DNA from: Candidatus Harpocratesius repetitus
Lineage (GTDB): Archaea; Asgardarchaeota; Lokiarchaeia; Sigyniarchaeales; Promethearchaeaceae
Direction of reading: 5' to 3'
Assembly (NCBI GenBank): GCA_021498095.1
Contig: JAIZWK010000001.1
Coordinates: 420,001 to 452,000, forward strand
DNA: 32,000 nucleotides
This document shows, one piece after another, positions 27,887-32,000 of this stretch. Both the position numbers and the translations under genes were made by a program. A model generated the notes under the pieces. It had not been told where the DNA came from. It did not search any database and worked only from the letters and a program-made list of their open reading frames with translations. The stretch's first letter is position 1, and each line of letters starts with the position of its first letter.

Positions 27887-29236
27887 ATGGAGTATATTGG
27901 GCTCATCATTCTGTTATTAGCGCTTTTTATTGGAATAATAATTGTTTTCAGCAAAGAAAATTGGGATTATGTTGCAATTTCTTTACTTTTTGCAACAATA
28001 GCAGTCTTTACTACAATTATTACAATCACTGATCTTGGTACTAATATTTTGGGTGAATTTGGTCGAGAAAAATCGTCACAAGAAATAATTTTTTGGAGAT
28101 TTGTTCATACAATTGAATTTGAGCCAATTATTTTTTTAATTTCTATGCAGATAATCGTTTTAATGGTTGAAAAGCAGAAGATTTTCGAATGGATCGCTTT
28201 ACGTGTTTTACGCGCCACAAAAGGAAATCATCGAAAATTTTTTTATCTAATTAGCGCAATCAGTGCATTAACTGCATCGCTAATCGACGATATTACAGTA
28301 GCGATAATTTTCATTCCATTAGTTGTTCGAGCATGTCGAATTTTACGAATCAATGCAGCACCTTATCTATTTGCGATAAGTTTTACTATTAATATTGGTA
28401 GTCTTTATACACCCTTCTCTTCCTCTGAAAATATCTTAATTTCAGCAGCATTTGGTCTTGATTTTCTTTGGTTTTTAAAATCATTTTCCCTTTATGTATT
28501 CCCAATGCTTCTTTTTACACTGGCAATTTTGGATTGGTTTTTACTTCGAAAAATCGCACCTCCAGCAGAAGAACGAAAGAAAATACTCTTAGAAATCATG
28601 GATCCCAGCTTAGTTGTAGTAGATCGAAAGCATTTTATTTTAAATAGCATTTATTTTATAGCAATACTATTAGGATTCTTATTCTACCCAAATCCTTGGG
28701 TTGTGGCTGTTATCGGTGCTCTTGCTATGAGCTTATTAAATAGGCTCCAATTTACAGAGAATGCAAAACAAATTGATTGGAAAATCATATTTTTCTTTAT
28801 TGCCCTTTTTTTACTCATAGGTTGTATGAAAATGGCAGGTTTATTTGAAATTATTGGTAATTGGGCAAAATTATTTATACCTAATAATGAATTATTTGCA
28901 GCGTTTACGATCTTGATTATGATTGCAGTATTATCCGGATTTTTAGCGCAAGTTCCTACTGCTCTGGTTTTTATTACTCTATTGCAGAATATTTATGGAA
29001 CAAATTCTGGTGATGTTCCGAATTTAATCATGATGGCATTTTTATTTGGAATTAATTTGGGCTCAAATTTTCTTCCTCAAGGTGCAGCTTGTGATTTAAT
29101 GGCACTGAATCTTGCAGAGAAAAATGATGTCCGAGAATTTAATTACAAAAATCTTCTTTATCGAGGTTCAATGATTACCGTGCTGCATATTATTATGGGA
29201 TCGTTTTATCTTTCACTATATTGGCTGTTTCAATAA
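27887..29236 (+). CDS. ArsB/NhaD/SLC13-like (IT superfamily) permease, paralog 1
   Basis: More than 10 TM segments; hairpin motifs IDDIT, NIGSLYTPFSSSENILI and NLGSNFLPQGAACDL. Confidence 0.85.
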   Translation: MEYIGLIILLLALFIGIIIVFSKENWDYVAISLLFATIAVFTTIITITDLGTNILGEFGREKSSQEIIFWRFVHTIEFEPIIFLISMQIIVLMVEKQKIFEWIALRVLRATKGNHRKFFYLISAISALTASLIDDITVAIIFIPLVVRACRILRINAAPYLFAISFTINIGSLYTPFSSSENILISAAFGLDFLWFLKSFSLYVFPMLLFTLAILDWFLLRKIAPPAEERKKILLEIMDPSLVVVDRKHFILNSIYFIAILLGFLFYPNPWVVAVIGALAMSLLNRLQFTENAKQIDWKIIFFFIALFLLIGCMKMAGLFEIIGNWAKLFIPNNELFAAFTILIMIAVLSGFLAQVPTALVFITLLQNIYGTNSGDVPNLIMMAFLFGINLGSNFLPQGAACDLMALNLAEKNDVREFNYKNLLYRGSMITVLHIIMGSFYLSLYWLFQ

Positions 29237-29279
29237 AAATAAAACAATACAGCTAATTCTGACTCAGATAATATTGATT

Positions 29280-30569
29280 TTAATACACAACAAAATAATA
29301 TGCACTTATATAGAGAATGCACATCAAAATGTGGATTAAGGCAAATTTTCCACCTGTTCGTAGCAAGTTCTTATACGTAAATCCTTCGACTTTATGCTTA
29401 AGTGCAATATTCAATGTCATAACATCACAAGCAGCCCCTTGTGGTAATAAATTTCCCCCCAAATTGATACCCAAGATAAATGCAATAATTACAATCGCAG
29501 GTGGATTGAATGCGAACATTTCATTTAGAAGAGTAATTCCAATAATTGCTGTGGGAGAATTTGCTAAAAATCCAGATAATACACTAGTCACAATTAATAC
29601 ACCAATCGAAAGTAGCCATAAATTCCCACCTGCAACAGATCTTAAACTGTCTAAAATTAATGTAAAAGTTCCATTATCAATCATGTTTCCAATAATCAAA
29701 AATAACGAAATAAAAAAGAAAATGACCTTCCAATCTATCTTTGTCACATTATCAGTGAATTGATCGCGGTTTAATAAAGACATTATGATTGCTCCGAACA
29801 ATGCGACTAAATAGGCATAATCGGAAAGAATAACAAATCCTATAATTACAGTAGAGAAATAAATTGAATTCAGTATAAATTGCTTTCGGTTAATTATTAC
29901 CAATTCTGGGTTCATAATTTCTAAAAGAATGCGTTTTTGTTTTTCAGCTGGAGGTGCGATTTTTTTTAAAAGTAAAAAATCTAATAATATTAATGTTCCA
30001 ATTAATGCAGTAATTACGAAGATTCCAGTATTAACAAAAAACCATTGAACTCCTAATCCAAAACTGGAACTAATCAGAATATTTTCCGATGAAGAGAAAG
30101 GAGTAAAAATAGAGCCAATATTTATTGTTATTGTAATCCCGTAAAGGTATGGAGAGGGATTTATTTTTAAAATTCGACAGGCTCTAATAGTCAGGGGGAT
30201 AAAGATAATCGAAACAGTTACATCTGCAATAATTGAAGCAGTAAAAGTTCCAATAATACAAATAAGGTAGAAGAAAAGTCTGTGATTCCCTTTTGTCAAA
30301 TGTAGAGTTTTTACAGCGATCCATTGAAATATTTTATGTCGTTCTGCAATTAAAACGATTACTTGCATAGAAAGTATAAAAATCAGCGGACTCCACTCAA
30401 TAGAATCGATTATATTAACATCCTCAAATCTAAAGAAAGTAATCAAACTTGAAATGGCGGCACCTAATAGAGCAAAGGCTACATAGTCTGCATTCTCTTT
30501 GCTAAAAATAATCATTATTAAGACAAATATAACAAATGTAACAATAATTGCAAACCAATCATAAGCCAT
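29280..30569 (-). CDS. ArsB/NhaD/SLC13-like (IT superfamily) permease, paralog 2
   Basis: IADVT, NIGSIFTPFSSSENILI and NLGGNLLPQGAACDV; convergent with paralog 1. Confidence 0.85.
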   Translation of the reverse strand: MAYDWFAIIVTFVIFVLIMIIFSKENADYVAFALLGAAISSLITFFRFEDVNIIDSIEWSPLIFILSMQVIVLIAERHKIFQWIAVKTLHLTKGNHRLFFYLICIIGTFTASIIADVTVSIIFIPLTIRACRILKINPSPYLYGITITINIGSIFTPFSSSENILISSSFGLGVQWFFVNTGIFVITALIGTLILLDFLLLKKIAPPAEKQKRILLEIMNPELVIINRKQFILNSIYFSTVIIGFVILSDYAYLVALFGAIIMSLLNRDQFTDNVTKIDWKVIFFFISLFLIIGNMIDNGTFTLILDSLRSVAGGNLWLLSIGVLIVTSVLSGFLANSPTAIIGITLLNEMFAFNPPAIVIIAFILGINLGGNLLPQGAACDVMTLNIALKHKVEGFTYKNLLRTGGKFALIHILMCILYISAYYFVVY

Positions 30570-31110
30570 CTATAAGTGGTCTCCCCTTTTTTTTTCTCGA
30601 TGTTTCTCTAATTTAGTTAGTACGGAATATTACATTTTGAAATTTAATTATTTTTTGATTTCATAGGCGAATAAAGATTTTTTTTATAAAATTTTATAAT
30701 AATATTCTTGCAAATAGAAATTTATTCAAATTCCATTGAATTTTCGGATTTACAGCCATATTAATCATACCTTTTTACATAAATTATCATATATCGAGGA
30801 ATTTTACAATTGAATTATAAATTAGAAAAATATTTCGAGAAGAACATCTTTAAAAAGCGAAAATCTTTTTATATGAATTCGACATAATTATGATTGTATA
30901 TATTTGCGAAGGAAATCGAAGTATGACTATATTCTAGGAGAAATACAGATAACAATCAAAATTTGGGGGATTATATATACTCTTTCCATGAGTAGTCAGT
31001 TAAATCGTGGTATAACTTCGTTTTAGGATGCTTTTCTGAATGTCAATTCATTTTAGAGAAGAAGAGCAAATCTATAATCTTTTTTGAAAGAAATACAGGA
31101 GGATAAAAAA

Positions 31111-31371
31111 ATTAGGATTGTCACTTGTAATGTTCCAATAACGTATTTAACCGCAATTGATAAATTGATCACCTCCGGCAATCATCAAGGACTATATCCT
31201 TCTCGTTCTGAATTGATAAGAATAGCTGTGCGAGAGTTCTTGTTAAAGGAATTAGAAGCAGCTAAGGAGTTTGAAAAGTTAAAATTTCAATCAAGAAATA
31301 AAGATGAGATAATAACTGAATCAAAAGAGATTAACCAACCAGCTATATTAAAAAAAATAAAAACACCATAA
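31111..31371 (+). CDS. Ribbon-helix-helix (CopG/Arc/MetJ) regulator, paralog 1; probable ATT start
   Basis: RIVTCNVP..YL.AIDKL....G.YPSRSELIR.AVREFL. The track uses TTG 31084, but AGGAGG (31097-31102) sits 8 nt before ATT 31111. Confidence 0.85.
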   Translation: MRIVTCNVPITYLTAIDKLITSGNHQGLYPSRSELIRIAVREFLLKELEAAKEFEKLKFQSRNKDEIITESKEINQPAILKKIKTP

Positions 31372-31419
31372 TATTTAATACAATAGCCAGTCTTTGCTGA
31401 AACGATTTAAATATTTACT

Positions 31420-31441
31420 TTTAAAGCTAGATAGCTTTAAA
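31420..31441. promoter_or_regulatory. Perfect palindrome TTTAAAGCTA-GA-TAGCTTTAAA between the two RHH genes (operator or terminator hairpin)
   Basis: 10-bp arms with a 2-nt centre, read directly; function is inferred. Confidence 0.4.
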
Positions 31442-31766
31442 TAGTTGACGCTTTTTCCAAAATTGATAAATTATTCTTTCTTCTGACATTTATTATCTAC
31501 TTAATACTAGATAATTTTCTATTAAAACAAAAGGATTATATAGAAGTGCAACATAATTAACTATAGTTATTAATTCGATAATCTCGGAAAGATAACAATC
31601 ACCCTTTTACAGGATAGTGTGTTTATCATACTAGGGGAGAGTAGGATACATCAAATAAGTGAAATCATCAATATATTACCTTAACTTAAAACGTGGGTCT
31701 TGCATTTTAACACACAATTCTGTAGATTGAAGTAATGGTATTTCAACATAATAGGAGGAATAACTA

Positions 31767-32000
31767 ATTCGCATTATTACCGTTAATTTACCTGTATCAT
31801 ATCTTAAGGCTATAGATTCACTCACTGGCCAAGAAGGATTGTATCCTTCACGTTCAGAGTTAATTCGTGTAGCAGTAAGAGATTTTTTAATTAGAGAACT
31901 TGAAACTGCAAAATCGTTTCAAAAGTATCAACAAACCCAAGTACCAAATAAGATCACTCATAAACCACTCGATGAAAATATGTTTGTTCAAGTTCCCGTT
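31767..32000 (+). CDS. Ribbon-helix-helix regulator, paralog 2 (not in the ORF track; ATT start; runs off the window end)
   Basis: Manual translation IRIITVNLPVSYLKAIDSLTGQEGLYPSRSELIRVAVRDFLIRELETAKSF... In-frame TAA at 31761-31763; AGGAGG at 31753-31758, 8 nt before ATT. Confidence 0.85.
   Translation, partial: MRIITVNLPVSYLKAIDSLTGQEGLYPSRSELIRVAVRDFLIRELETAKSFQKYQQTQVPNKITHKPLDENMFVQVPV

Noticed and set aside
371-29763. Short alternative-frame or antisense ORFs in the track (371-565, 562-897, 627-875, 2590-2826, 5456-5674, 13791-14000, 14535-14726, 16791-16979, 18197-18409, 19401-19691, 19918-20145, 20601-20870, 21631-21846, 22626-22940, 29317-29763)
   Set aside because: They overlap well-supported genes and show no recognisable motifs, so they are treated as shadow ORFs.
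27591-30738. Imperfect 15-bp inverted repeat at 27591-27605/27645-27659 and AAATTCCATTG shared with 30728-30738, upstream of both permeases
   Set aside because: An 11-bp AT-rich match between a few hundred bp of intergenic DNA is plausible by chance.

Overview
AT-rich (~30% GC by eye) archaeal window, most likely from an Asgard archaeon of the Lokiarchaeia/Promethearchaeota type. This assignment is inferred from a Rag-like GTPase, a stand-alone longin-like protein and the gene style. Most of the window is ordinary metabolism and transport: enoyl-CoA hydratase, TtuA/Ncs6-like tRNA thiolase, SAM methyltransferase, two tandem M42 peptidases, GDPD, an FGGY kinase, a LolD/FtsX-type ABC transporter, an AAA_14/DUF4143 ATPase, an M28 peptidase, Mrp/Nbp35 and two ArsB/NhaD-type permeases. 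The best candidate for an undescribed system is a tightly coupled minus-strand operon at 11025-14454. It encodes a divergent E2(UBC)-like protein, an intact JAB/JAMM peptidase, a ThiF/E1-like enzyme and an all-helical unknown protein, with no ubiquitin-like gene in cis. Other notable signals: (1) an AT-rich three-gene cassette (COMMD-like / unknown / degenerate GNAT); (2) a 110-bp element directly upstream of that cassette, with a second ~95% identical inverted copy 14 kb away; (3) two ribbon-helix-helix paralogs that both appear to start at ATT, exactly 8 nt after AGGAGG; (4) a 4x16-bp tandem repeat upstream of the Rag-like GTPase. No rRNA, tRNA, CRISPR array, transposase or integrase was recognised. 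All family calls come from motif reading only; no searches were run.
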